Of a DNA stretch of 64,000 bases, positions 44,775 to 54,270 are shown piece by piece (position 1 is the first letter of the stretch; every line of letters starts with the position of its first letter). Made by a program: the position numbers and the translations under genes. Source of the DNA: a virus; IMG/VR virus record IMGVR_UViG_3300028610_001991. One strand, given 5' to 3'. The notes beneath the pieces were generated by a model. The model was given only the letters and a program-made list of their open reading frames with translations, was not told where the DNA came from and ran no database searches.

Positions 44775-45059
44775 TCAAGCCTTAAGTTTTTTCTTTATTT
44801 CAAAATACTCCTCTAACTGAATTGAGGTATGATTAATTTCAGATAACTGAGCTATATGATACCTTTTAATTAATTTTATTACACTCCTAATCTGCTTTAT
44901 TTCTTTTCGTTGAAATGTATTTAGGGCATCTGCTATTTCAAGAAACTCTCTCAAGTTTGTAACTATATCTGTAAATATTTTATCTACGGATAATGCTTTA
45001 AATTTTAAGTTCGCTTTTTCTCTTTTAATTAGCTCTTTATCATCAATGTCATGTTTCAT
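44775..45059 (-). CDS. hypothetical protein
   Basis: Co-directional, helical. Confidence 0.65.
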   Translation of the reverse strand: MKHDIDDKELIKREKANLKFKALSVDKIFTDIVTNLREFLEIADALNTFQRKEIKQIRSVIKLIKRYHIAQLSEINHTSIQLEEYFEIKKKLKA

Positions 45060-45063
45060 AGTG

Positions 45064-45201
45064 TTATACTCCTTTTTTACTCAGTTTTTCTTTACTGTCT
45101 TTAGTGTATAGCTTCCCTATGAACCCGACAAATGGTTGGAGTAAGATACACACAAGTATAGGTATGATGATAAAAGGTAAATAGACTTTTTGATATTTCA
45201 T
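45064..45201 (-). CDS. small membrane peptide
   Basis: MKYQKVYLPFIIIPILVCILL...; weak RBS. Confidence 0.4.
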   Translation of the reverse strand: MKYQKVYLPFIIIPILVCILLQPFVGFIGKLYTKDSKEKLSKKGV

Positions 45202-45256
45202 CTCTCTATTACTATATATCCTCATTTTGTAAAAAAAGTTAAGTACTTTTTTTTGG

Positions 45257-45285
45257 TTGAAAATAAATATAAATTTAAGTATAAT
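45257..45285 (+). promoter_or_regulatory. sigma70-type promoter giving a probably leaderless mRNA
   Basis: TTGAAA-17-TATAAT, ATG 6 nt after the -10 box. Confidence 0.7.
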
Positions 45286-45291
45286 ATAGAT

Positions 45292-45714
45292 ATGACCACA
45301 AAACATAAAGATTTTTTTAGAAACATATTATTCTTATGTGGAATAACATTAGATAATGAATATAATTTTATTTGCGCAAAATGCATTAGTAACCCTGACC
45401 ATGAAAAGTATAAAAAATGCCGTAACGAATATGGTAAAATTGACCCCTTAGCACAATTTTATTGTATCATAAATTACCATAAATACCAAGAGATAAACCC
45501 AGATATAAAATTTCAACAAGTAATGTTAATTGTAAAACAAATAGATAAAGCAATAAAAGATGGGCGAAATTTCGCCCATCTTTTAAGTCTAATAAATATA
45601 GTTAGGTTAGAATTGAAGCTATTAGATAACGGAGTATTAAACATAGAGCAGGCCACACATGAGTACAGAACAAAAATAATATCGATCTTAGATAGATTTT
45701 TAAGCAAATTTTAG
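45292..45714 (+). CDS. 140-aa hypothetical protein with Cys/His cluster
   Basis: Start MTTKHK at predicted +1; CAKC...H...C. Confidence 0.65.
   Translation: MTTKHKDFFRNILFLCGITLDNEYNFICAKCISNPDHEKYKKCRNEYGKIDPLAQFYCIINYHKYQEINPDIKFQQVMLIVKQIDKAIKDGRNFAHLLSLINIVRLELKLLDNGVLNIEQATHEYRTKIISILDRFLSKF
45554..45585. repeat. perfect 32-bp palindrome
   Basis: TAAAAGATGGGCGAAA|TTTCGCCCATCTTTTA. Confidence 0.95.
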
Positions 45715-45727
45715 AGAAATATACTAA

Positions 45728-45811
45728 AAAGTACTGGACAATTTTGTCCAGTACTTTACACATGAATCTAATTTAAGTAAAATCTACTGGACAAAATTGT
45801 CCAGTAGATTT
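45728..45811. promoter_or_regulatory. pair of inverted palindromic operator-like sites
   Basis: AAAGTACTGGACAA-TT-TTGTCCAGTACTTT and AAATCTACTGGACAA-AA-TTGTCCAGTAGATTT. Confidence 0.75.
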
Positions 45812-46018
45812 GTATGCTATTTCTTAAGTATTCAGCTATTTTTAGTAATAAATAACTATTTTAGTGAATTTTCTAGGGAAGATTTTTGGTACGCCATTGT
45901 TTCTCTTTTAATGTCTATGTAAATTTAAGGAATTCGGGTGTTTTCGGAATTTTGCAGAACTCCGTCACGGTATAGGCTAGACTACGGGTGGTTCAGCTGA
46001 ACTATGGTTCAACTACGT

Positions 46019-46147
46019 TTCATCTTAGTTCAACTATGTTCAGCAGATATTGAACTAAGATGAACTAAATACGTACCTAGATGATACGAAGTAGTACACG
46101 GTAAAAATCGAAGCGATTTTACCGTGTAGGGAAACGCTTCGCGTTTC
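46019..46147. repeat. cluster of three inverted repeats
   Basis: 15-bp stem 46019-46064, bulged 15-bp stem with 3-nt loop 46095-46128, 7-bp stem with 3-nt loop 46131-46147. Confidence 0.85.
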
Positions 46148-46326
46148 AAATCTTTTGAGGAAACCACTTTATAGGATGAATACTATCTCTGTTTGAACTC
46201 GTCTGAACTTTGAACTTGAATATTAATCTTTTTAAGTGTTTTGTCATATAACATGTCTGTCGATAATTGGTAGATATGTAGGGGAGATACAGTGTGTATA
46301 CATTATTACTGCTGCCGTGTTTTTCG

Positions 46327-46355
46327 TTGACAATTTAACATATGTAGTATATAAT
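46327..46355 (+). promoter_or_regulatory. consensus sigma70/sigmaA promoter
   Basis: TTGACA-17-TATAAT ahead of the structural block. Confidence 0.9.
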
Positions 46356-46593
46356 TAATTATAGGATTAAAAATGCCGGATCCGCGAGTAATTTTAAGTG
46401 ATATAGACTTACAAGGTAATAAAATACTTAATGCTGAAATTGAGCATTTAGAAAAATAAAAGAAAGTTAAAAATATTATAATGTTGAACGGGGTGCTAAC
46501 TTATGCTTTAGATGAGTTGCCTTTGAGTAGTGAGGCGGTTCAGTGTTTTATAATTTGTCTTATACCTGAAATAGTAGTAAAGAGGTTTATTGA

Positions 46594-46899
46594 GTGAATC
46601 TTTATGATGACTTAAATATACTACAAAATGTATTAATAAATTTTGTATCAGAGAGGGTAAGTACGTTTCCAGCTGATGCAAGAAGAGGAAGAGTAATTTT
46701 CCATATAGGATTAAAGTATTTGTTTGTATGTAAGAACGGGGTGGAAGATGCAAATGATACAACTTTAATAGCAAATTGGGTTGGTGGAAAAGTAATGATA
46801 GACGGAATGAGTAGTGAAGGAGAGAATAGAGGAAAAATCTTAATTACAGATGGTGCAGATGGGTATCTTTTTGGTGATTGTGACGGCGGTACAATATAA
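46594..46899 (+). CDS. putative virion-associated protein
   Basis: First longer ORF of structural block; ends DGGT. Confidence 0.6.
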   Translation: MNLYDDLNILQNVLINFVSERVSTFPADARRGRVIFHIGLKYLFVCKNGVEDANDTTLIANWVGGKVMIDGMSSEGENRGKILITDGADGYLFGDCDGGTI

Positions 46900-46915
46900 A
46901 AAAGGAGTGTGAAAT

Positions 46916-48121
46916 ATGGCAGAACTAATTAAATTATTAATTTTAAGAGGAACAGAGGCACAGATAACAAGTGCAAGTAATGATGTTGGTAAACCTTATC
47001 TTGCTACAGATACAAAGAGAGTTTATATATCAGATGGAACTACAAAGCATTTAGTAGGTAAAGTTTTTTTTGGTCTTGATGCAAATAAGCCAACTGCAGC
47101 CGCATTGTTAACTGGTATGGTATATGTAGCAACTGATACAACTAAAACCTATTATTGTAATGGGACAGCTTGGGTTGTAGCAAGTGTTACAGAATTGTCA
47201 GATATGACAGGAGACCTTGATGATATTTCAGATGGTTCTACCTATGGAAAAGTTAAGAATACTGAATTGTCAAGTGGTCAAGTAGCACAGATAAGAGCGG
47301 TTACTGGTACACAAGATATTACGGGTGATACTTTAAAAGCCCATTTGGATAATCTCACAAAACATAGATTAATTAATGATGGTGGAAATGGAACGACGGA
47401 ACTCTGGAGTGCTAATAAGATTGATTCTGAGCTTAATGCTGCTTCTTCTGGACAAAGTAGACAGCCAAAAGTAATTGATTTTGTTGATTGTACTGGAATA
47501 CCACCAACAGAAGTTGAAGGAGATAGATATTTACTTGATTTTGCTGTTGGTACAGTGCATGCAAATTGGGATGGAGCTGATAAAGGAGATTTAGTTCAGT
47601 TTGAAAGTTCTGCCTGGGTGATAAAAATTGATGCTTCGGATGCTACTAAGGAAGGGACTATCACTTACGTAGATGACGAAAATGAAGATAGGATTCTTGT
47701 TAACGATGGCACACCTGATTGGGAATCAAGACCTACTGCTATCACAGCTCATAATGATTTAGGTGGACTAGATACAGGAAGTTATCGTCACTTAACTGCT
47801 CAAGAAAAAAAAGAAGCAACTCAGGCTGCCGGAACTGATAATGAATCGGGACTTATGACGGATACTGATAAAGATAAATTAGACGGGATTGAAGCAGGAG
47901 CTGATGATAATCAAGATATTACTGCACAAAAGGGAACAAAAAGAACAGATGCAAATCCTGCTAATGGTGATGCAATTATTGAAGTTGATTTTGAAGATAC
48001 GGGAACAAATATATTAGCTGTGTTAAAAGGAGCTGGAAACGGAGTCGCTGGAACTTCTGATCAAGCAGCAAGACGGGATCATCAACATAGATTAATTGAC
48101 GTTGATGCTGGAACTCTTTAA
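46916..48121 (+). CDS. tail-fibre/virion structural protein with Mtd-N-like N-terminus
   Basis: ILRGT.AQ....G.P..ATDTKRVYI.DG; GLM..TDKDKLDGI; AAR.DHQH; ends DAGT. Confidence 0.75.
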   Translation: MAELIKLLILRGTEAQITSASNDVGKPYLATDTKRVYISDGTTKHLVGKVFFGLDANKPTAAALLTGMVYVATDTTKTYYCNGTAWVVASVTELSDMTGDLDDISDGSTYGKVKNTELSSGQVAQIRAVTGTQDITGDTLKAHLDNLTKHRLINDGGNGTTELWSANKIDSELNAASSGQSRQPKVIDFVDCTGIPPTEVEGDRYLLDFAVGTVHANWDGADKGDLVQFESSAWVIKIDASDATKEGTITYVDDENEDRILVNDGTPDWESRPTAITAHNDLGGLDTGSYRHLTAQEKKEATQAAGTDNESGLMTDTDKDKLDGIEAGADDNQDITAQKGTKRTDANPANGDAIIEVDFEDTGTNILAVLKGAGNGVAGTSDQAARRDHQHRLIDVDAGTL

Positions 48122-48134
48122 TTAAAAATAAATT

Positions 48135-48335
48135 ATGGCTAGAAATTTATATGTAAAAATCCTACGTGCTACAAAGACTCAATTAGAAAATTATGGAAGT
48201 TATCCTCTTGCAGAGGGAGAACTAGCACTTGATACAACAGACAAAGAATTGTATATTGGGACTGGAAGCACTAACAAAAAGCTTGGTGGTGTTGGTGCTG
48301 AAATGAAAAGATGGCGTTTATGGTTAGGAGCATAA
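48135..48335 (+). CDS. stand-alone Mtd-N-like small virion protein
   Basis: KILRAT..Q....LAEGELALDT.DKELYIG.G. Confidence 0.7.
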   Translation: MARNLYVKILRATKTQLENYGSYPLAEGELALDTTDKELYIGTGSTNKKLGGVGAEMKRWRLWLGA

Positions 48336-48336
48336 T

Positions 48337-49032
48337 ATGATATTATTGGATACAAGTACAAAATTAGAACTCAAACTAAATGCAACTCCTTCGACTGAAT
48401 TAGATTGGTTGTCTGTTTATATTGATACAACTAATGATGTTGCAAAACATAATGATGGAGTATCAAACGGGACTACTGATGTTATTATGGTAGCTGCACC
48501 TAGTGCCGATAAACGTCTTGTTCGTTATTTAAATATATATAATAAGGATTCCTCTCCACAAACAATTACAATCAAAATAGATGATGGCGTTAATGAAAGA
48601 ATATTGATTAAGCAAATACTAGAGCCAGAAAGTACATTAATTTATGACTCACAAGCTGGATGGTATACCGTTCCTATTTATGTTGATAAAAAAGTAACAA
48701 AAACTATAGTAGTTGAAGCACCTGGAGTAAATGATAATAAATATATAGGGTTTACTCATAAACCTATAACCGTCTCGGAAATCAGAGCAGTACTAGTCGG
48801 TAGTTCTAATCCTTCTGTAACATGGACAATAAGATATGGATCTGACCGAAGTTCTGGTGGTACTGAAATAGTAGTTGATGGAACAACTACAACGAGTACG
48901 ACAACAGGAAGTGATGTAACAAGTTTTACTAATGATACTATACCAGCAGATAATCACTATTGGTTAGTACTTACCGTAGTAAGTGGTATAGTAAATGAAT
49001 TAGCTGTTACACCAGTTTTTAATTATACGTAA
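48337..49032 (+). CDS. putative tail/virion structural protein
   Basis: beta-rich, T/G/S-rich, in structural operon. Confidence 0.65.
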   Translation: MILLDTSTKLELKLNATPSTELDWLSVYIDTTNDVAKHNDGVSNGTTDVIMVAAPSADKRLVRYLNIYNKDSSPQTITIKIDDGVNERILIKQILEPESTLIYDSQAGWYTVPIYVDKKVTKTIVVEAPGVNDNKYIGFTHKPITVSEIRAVLVGSSNPSVTWTIRYGSDRSSGGTEIVVDGTTTTSTTTGSDVTSFTNDTIPADNHYWLVLTVVSGIVNELAVTPVFNYT

Positions 49033-49104
49033 GGTAAAGCACAAAGTGGATTGTTAACGAATTAGCTATTACCCAGTATGGGATTATGATTGAGGAGATA
49101 TAAT

Positions 49105-49734
49105 ATGGCTAAATATGAAATATTAATTGGCGGAAAAGATCAACAGAAAGCACATCGGTATAATAAAGGTGATATATTGTCTATACATCCTTGGATACGT
49201 AAAAGCACAACAGAAGTAGATCATTATGAAAATCAAGTTATTAATGGACTTACTAAAAGAGTTCCAATAATGAAAGATTTGGATGAAGGAGTTGATTGGG
49301 GTTTGAAAGAAATTAAAAAAGGGTTGGTTGTAATAGTTGAATCAAATAAAACGATAGAAGAAATGAGACAATATACAGGTTCTATACATGAGCATAAAAT
49401 ATCATTTGAAAAAATAACAACACAGCAATTAAGTATACTAAGTGATGAAGATCAAAAAAATTATCAATTATATAAAGACTGTCATAGTAGGGTTGATTTA
49501 GTTGAATTAAGAAAAACAATTACAGATTTAAATGATGCACAAATGGAAAATGAAACAGTTATATATCAACCATGTAAAAAATCTAGCCAATTAATAGCAA
49601 AGTTTTATGGAAATAATAACAATCGCTTACTTGAAGCGAAAGATGTTAACACAGTTAGTGTTGTAGCAGCTAAAGAAGCTGAAATAAATATTAATATAAA
49701 TAGTATTAATCTAATTAAATCAAATATGGAATAA
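49105..49734 (+). CDS. hypothetical protein (structural block)
   Basis: GAGGAG RBS before MAKYEIL. Confidence 0.75.
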   Translation: MAKYEILIGGKDQQKAHRYNKGDILSIHPWIRKSTTEVDHYENQVINGLTKRVPIMKDLDEGVDWGLKEIKKGLVVIVESNKTIEEMRQYTGSIHEHKISFEKITTQQLSILSDEDQKNYQLYKDCHSRVDLVELRKTITDLNDAQMENETVIYQPCKKSSQLIAKFYGNNNNRLLEAKDVNTVSVVAAKEAEINININSINLIKSNME

Positions 49735-49737
49735 TAA

Positions 49738-51594
49738 ATGTCAAGTAGTAGACGTAATGCAGTAAATGAAAATATTTCAACCTATGATAGTGCTGGAGGA
49801 AAAGATTATTCGGACTTGGGTGTATGGGAAAGTTTTACTGATATTGACCTCGTATCTGCTGCACAGTCTGAAGTGCTTGAGTGTTACAAAGGTGTACATG
49901 ATGATGATGTGAATATGGTAGGATCAATAAATAATTCTTCATATCATAGAATTATCCGACCGGCTCCAGGAGAAGGACATAACGGGATTCCAAAACTTGA
50001 TGGAACTGTAGTAGCGTTTTCTAATACATCGAATCTTAGTCCGTTTTGGTTGGCTGAAAATTATGCACAAATACAAGATTTAGTTTTAAAGTCAACCGTC
50101 AACGAAGCAGCCGATCGTTTTGTCATTGTTATGGATGACATCTATGATTATCAAAAGGCAATAGGATGTTTGGTTGTAGACAGCACAAATACTGGTTCAG
50201 GATCACTACTTGTTGGAATTTTATTTTATAATAATCATTTCATAATAAATTGCTTAATTCATAATTGTGAGCGAGTAGGGTTTGGAGGTCTTAACGCTGG
50301 AGGAACAGGCCTTTGTTATAATTGTGGTTCTGATAGCAATGATGTTGGATTCCAATCAAATGTTCAAGTCACAATTGTAACAAATTGTGTGTCTTCAAAT
50401 AATACGACATTAGATTGGGATACCGCCGCTGGTGGTTCTTTTACAACAACGACGTGTACTGCAGAAAATGATACACCGGTATTTAATGATGCTGCAAATG
50501 ATGATCTTAGACTTGATGAAACTGATTATATATGTAGAAAGAAGGGTACTGATTTAAGTTCCGATGGAGTATTTGCTTTCGATGATGATATAATGTTTAA
50601 TACTAGAACTTTTTGGGATATTGGATTTCATGCAAATTTTGATTTATCATCTCGAATAAAAGCAACAAATGAAAATGTAAGTACTTATGATTCAGCAGGT
50701 GGAAAAGATTATAGTGATCTTTCTGTTTGGGAAGCATTTACTGATATTGACCTCGTATCTGCTGCACAGTCTGAAGTGCTTGAATGCTATAAAGGTGCAC
50801 ATGATGATAATATTACTTTTAGTGGAGCCACAACTAATATATCTTATTTTCGTATAATAAGAGCAGCAAGTAGCGAAGGACATTCAGGTGTTCCATTAAG
50901 TGATGGATCATGTGTTGAATTTCACAATACTGGTAATGTAGAATTGATTTATCTCAATGAAGAATATGCTATAGCACAAGATTTAGTTGGAAAGTTAACA
51001 CAAAATACAGGTGGTCAAAATGCATGTTTTAGAATAGCTGGTCCAAGTGCAAAATCGGTTGGGTGTATTGCATATGATTCCACAAATGCTGGTGCTGGTA
51101 ATTTAGATGGATTTCAGCTGTATGACCATAATACCATAATAGTTAATTGTTTAGCTCATAACGTGAAATCAAGAGGGGCTATGTACACTATGGGTGGTGG
51201 TAATACAGGATATATATATAGTTGCACTTTTACGAATAATGGTACAACAGGAGTATTTCAATGGACAGGTACAGCAATAGGAAAAAATATTTTAGCCAGT
51301 GAGAATGCTATAGATTTTGCAGGTACAATTACGAAAACAACATGTAATGCGGAGGGATCAAACCCTGTATATAGAGATGCTGCAAATAATGATTTTAGAT
51401 TATCCGGGGTAGATACAATTGGAAGAAATAACGGTACGGATTTAAGTGGTGTTGCTCCTGAAAGTGAGGCAGTATTTCCATTTAATGACGATATACATGA
51501 TAGAACTATGGGAGGTTCTAAGCCTGGTAAAAATAGAGTGGGGTTATGGGGTATAGGATTTTATCAATTTTATAGTAGAGCTTATGTAACATAA
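49738..51594 (+). CDS. tail-spike-like protein with two tandem ~305-aa beta-helix-like repeats
   Basis: NEN.STYDSAGGKDYSDL.VWE.FTDIDLVSAAQSEVLECYKG repeated; INC..HN, NDD.RL, GTDLS motifs. Confidence 0.75.
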   Translation: MSSSRRNAVNENISTYDSAGGKDYSDLGVWESFTDIDLVSAAQSEVLECYKGVHDDDVNMVGSINNSSYHRIIRPAPGEGHNGIPKLDGTVVAFSNTSNLSPFWLAENYAQIQDLVLKSTVNEAADRFVIVMDDIYDYQKAIGCLVVDSTNTGSGSLLVGILFYNNHFIINCLIHNCERVGFGGLNAGGTGLCYNCGSDSNDVGFQSNVQVTIVTNCVSSNNTTLDWDTAAGGSFTTTTCTAENDTPVFNDAANDDLRLDETDYICRKKGTDLSSDGVFAFDDDIMFNTRTFWDIGFHANFDLSSRIKATNENVSTYDSAGGKDYSDLSVWEAFTDIDLVSAAQSEVLECYKGAHDDNITFSGATTNISYFRIIRAASSEGHSGVPLSDGSCVEFHNTGNVELIYLNEEYAIAQDLVGKLTQNTGGQNACFRIAGPSAKSVGCIAYDSTNAGAGNLDGFQLYDHNTIIVNCLAHNVKSRGAMYTMGGGNTGYIYSCTFTNNGTTGVFQWTGTAIGKNILASENAIDFAGTITKTTCNAEGSNPVYRDAANNDFRLSGVDTIGRNNGTDLSGVAPESEAVFPFNDDIHDRTMGGSKPGKNRVGLWGIGFYQFYSRAYVT

Positions 51595-51667
51595 TAGTAG
51601 TAAATAAAGTAGGAAGGATGGTGAAAAAGTTTAGCGTAAAGATGTTATAGGTAATTTTAAGGGAGGT

Positions 51668-52180
51668 TTGGTTATGAATAGTAGTTATAGATTAAAATGG
51701 TTAACTTTATGTTTTATGATGGGTTTTGTATATCTCAGTATAGAGGTAGTGTTTCGGGCTATTATTGGGGATATGGTAGGAGTACATAAGTTAATCTTCT
51801 GGAGTCTTGGTGGTTGGACTACATTGTGGATGCTTCCCGTAGGCGGGATATGTGGTGTACTACTTGGACTGCTGAATGAGATTAAAATATTAAAAAAGTG
51901 TATCGTATTAACCCAGTGTTTAATTGGTACGTTTATAGTTTTGTTTGTGGAGTTACTACTAGGTATTATTTTTAATTTAGGTTTTGGTTTGTCGTTATGG
52001 ACATATGCTGGTTGGTCATATAATATATTAGGTCAGATATGTTTACCTTTTGCGATCATATGGTTTTTCTTATGCCCTTTTGTATTTTGGTTGGATGATT
52101 TTTTGCGGTTTGCTTTATATGGCGAAGATGCAAAGTACTCTGTGTTAGTTCCTTATAGAAAATTATTTACTTTAAAGTGA
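51668..52180 (+). CDS. putative ABC-transporter type IV (DUF1113-like) membrane protein
   Basis: IEV.FR, GGICG, E...G...N, W.Y....N..GQICL.F...WF. Confidence 0.75.
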   Translation: MVMNSSYRLKWLTLCFMMGFVYLSIEVVFRAIIGDMVGVHKLIFWSLGGWTTLWMLPVGGICGVLLGLLNEIKILKKCIVLTQCLIGTFIVLFVELLLGIIFNLGFGLSLWTYAGWSYNILGQICLPFAIIWFFLCPFVFWLDDFLRFALYGEDAKYSVLVPYRKLFTLK

Positions 52181-52518
52181 GGTATACGGTGTTTACTTTG
52201 GGGGATACTGTTACCATCTGTGTGATTGTCTTTGCTGCCGGAGGCAGTTACGCTCTTTTAAAGAAAGATGTAATTTTCATTAAAATAGTTTTAAGTTATT
52301 GGTTTGGGTCTGGAAAAGAAGGAGAAGAAGGTAGTGGCATTAAACGATTAAAATTATACATTCAGCAAGAGCTGAGTGTAATGGATAAACGATATGAAGA
52401 ACGATTTATAATTTTAGAAAGAAGAGTTAAAGCGTTAGAGGAGATTGCCGGGTTAATTGAAAAAGCTCAACAATATGAGTTTAAAATTAATAAACATAGA
52501 AATAATAAACATAAATAA
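52177..52518 (+). CDS. holin-like or membrane coiled-coil protein
   Basis: N-terminal TM, C-terminal coiled coil. Confidence 0.5.
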   Translation: MRYTVFTLGDTVTICVIVFAAGGSYALLKKDVIFIKIVLSYWFGSGKEGEEGSGIKRLKLYIQQELSVMDKRYEERFIILERRVKALEEIAGLIEKAQQYEFKINKHRNNKHK

Positions 52519-52526
52519 AGGTCTAT

Positions 52527-52787
52527 ATGTTAAAAACATATATTCTTAACCTTATAAAAAAAGAGTTTGGGCATGAAGCCTTTAAACTATTTAAAGATAA
52601 TGATGATGAGGATACTATAAAGATTATACTAAAAGCTCTTGTTAACAATAAACTTAAATCGAAATATATTTCTATAAAACAGGCTGCAACCTGTTTGCGA
52701 CTTATTAAGTATTTGGAAAAGAACGGTGTCCTAGATAAAGACACTTTAAAGATGATAAATGGTATTGATTATAAAGAATTTGAATAA
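52527..52787 (+). CDS. hypothetical protein
   Basis: Co-directional. Confidence 0.65.
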   Translation: MLKTYILNLIKKEFGHEAFKLFKDNDDEDTIKIILKALVNNKLKSKYISIKQAATCLRLIKYLEKNGVLDKDTLKMINGIDYKEFE

Positions 52788-52807
52788 CTTAGAGGAGGAA
52801 AATAATT

Positions 52808-53026
52808 ATGAAATTACAAGATAATATTTCTTATGGTAAACAAATAGTTAATAGAGTTAAAGAAATACCTTTAAAACTTTGCAGTATGTCTTTTTTAACT
52901 TGGGCTTTATTGTTATTCCTGTGGACAAAAGGAAAAATAGATTTTCAGGGTATTGACTTTTTAGTGTTTACTGCAGCTGTTATAGGTATTAAAGCTTATA
53001 AGGCAATAAAAGAAAAGGGGGAGTAG
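52808..53026 (+). CDS. holin-like two-TM protein
   Basis: Two short TM helices, basic tail, GGAGG RBS. Confidence 0.55.
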   Translation: MKLQDNISYGKQIVNRVKEIPLKLCSMSFLTWALLLFLWTKGKIDFQGIDFLVFTAAVIGIKAYKAIKEKGE

Positions 53027-53250
53027 TGGCGGATTATATTTATACCCCATATAAACATGTGCAGTCTACAGCTTCAGCGGAGTGGACGGTTATTCATCGT
53101 AAAAAAAGATCAGTAACTTTATCTATATTTGATGATTCTGGTAAACCCGTGTTTGCTTCCTGGGAGCCGATCGATGATAGCACACTGGTAGTAAGGTTTA
53201 AAAAGAACGGTGTAGATTTTGCTATGTCTGGTCATTGTGAGGTATTTTGA
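53026..53250 (+). CDS. small virion protein
   Basis: H.Q..AS..W.V.H......I.DDSG motif. Confidence 0.65.
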   Translation: MADYIYTPYKHVQSTASAEWTVIHRKKRSVTLSIFDDSGKPVFASWEPIDDSTLVVRFKKNGVDFAMSGHCEVF

Positions 53251-53696
53251 TGGTTTATACTACTATAGATAATCCTGTATATCCTTTAGGTAGATTTCCT
53301 ACCGATCTTATTGGTGAGGATGTATATTATAAAATAGTTAATCATGCGAATACTGTTGTTGTTGCAAGGACAGCTACGGGTGTTGTTGAGGTAGGGTATG
53401 GGGCTTATGGTATTTTACTTTCTTTTGATACGGTAGGGAATTTTGTTATTATTTTTGATATTGATGGTACCGATTATGTAGCTTCTGAGAGTATTAACGT
53501 TACATTAAATCCGGATGAAAGTAGGGATAATGTAAAACGTGAATTTCAGCAATATAATGCTGATAAGTCTGTTAAGAAAGTAAGGATACTGAAAGCGAGG
53601 GACGGTGATTTTAATAATCCTGATATTATAAAAGAATTGACATTTGAATATAATACCGATAAGACAATTAGTGTTATGAAAGAGGAGGTATTGTGA
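53247..53696 (+). CDS. putative virion protein
   Basis: beta-rich, coupled. Confidence 0.65.
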   Translation: MMVYTTIDNPVYPLGRFPTDLIGEDVYYKIVNHANTVVVARTATGVVEVGYGAYGILLSFDTVGNFVIIFDIDGTDYVASESINVTLNPDESRDNVKREFQQYNADKSVKKVRILKARDGDFNNPDIIKELTFEYNTDKTISVMKEEVL

Positions 53697-53896
53697 GTTA
53701 TAGTTCCAGGGAGCAAAGTTTACCTTTAGCTACAGAAGGGTATGTGCTAGGTGTAAGAGAAAGATTTATTCAGAATACTAAACTATCGGATGGTATTGTA
53801 GCGCAAGCTAATATAGCTGTTAAAGATGTAAAGATTGTCACACTTCGTATAAGTGCTCCTTCAAAGCGATTAAATTTAAGTCTGAGTAAGAATTAA
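53693..53896 (+). CDS. hypothetical protein
   Basis: GAGGAGG RBS, GTG start. Confidence 0.6.
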   Translation: MSYSSREQSLPLATEGYVLGVRERFIQNTKLSDGIVAQANIAVKDVKIVTLRISAPSKRLNLSLSKN

Positions 53897-53907
53897 GGTG
53901 GTTAATT

Positions 53908-54267
53908 ATGGCTAAACTAGCAGAGGTTGAGGTATACGCTAATGATACAAAACTTTATTTAGAAATTACATTAGATGACGGAGATACGACTAATCCTCAG
54001 CCAATTGATTTAACTGATGTAATGTATATTCTTATTAAGGTGGCTGATAGTTTTGATGCAGAAACAAATCATTTTGTTGGTGAGTGTGAGATTGTCGGGG
54101 ATCCTGCGGATGGTAGTATTCGGTATAAATTTTTATCAGGTGAGCTGGAGAGGGGCGGCTGGGTAGGAGAAATATCGTTAGTTTATAATGATTATGAGGT
54201 TCAGACAATGGGTCATTTTAAGCTGAAAGTTAAACCTGATTTACCAAATAATATTGTAGGATATTGA
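53908..54267 (+). CDS. BppU-N-like baseplate protein
   Basis: NDT.L...L.D, IDLT, C.I....G.I.Y, GE..L.Y. Confidence 0.7.
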   Translation: MAKLAEVEVYANDTKLYLEITLDDGDTTNPQPIDLTDVMYILIKVADSFDAETNHFVGECEIVGDPADGSIRYKFLSGELERGGWVGEISLVYNDYEVQTMGHFKLKVKPDLPNNIVGY

Positions 54268-54270
54268 TTT

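Noticed and set aside
314-45707. Antisense ORFs in the track (for example 314-526, 13203-13670, 27087-27548, 37625-37975, 42178-42402, 45513-45707)
   Set aside because: They overlap better-supported genes on the opposite strand, lack RBSs and have shadow-frame composition.
49738-51594. Diversity-generating retroelement template/variable repeat
   Set aside because: The repeat is an in-frame protein duplication, differences are not adenine-specific, and no reverse transcriptase is present in the window.
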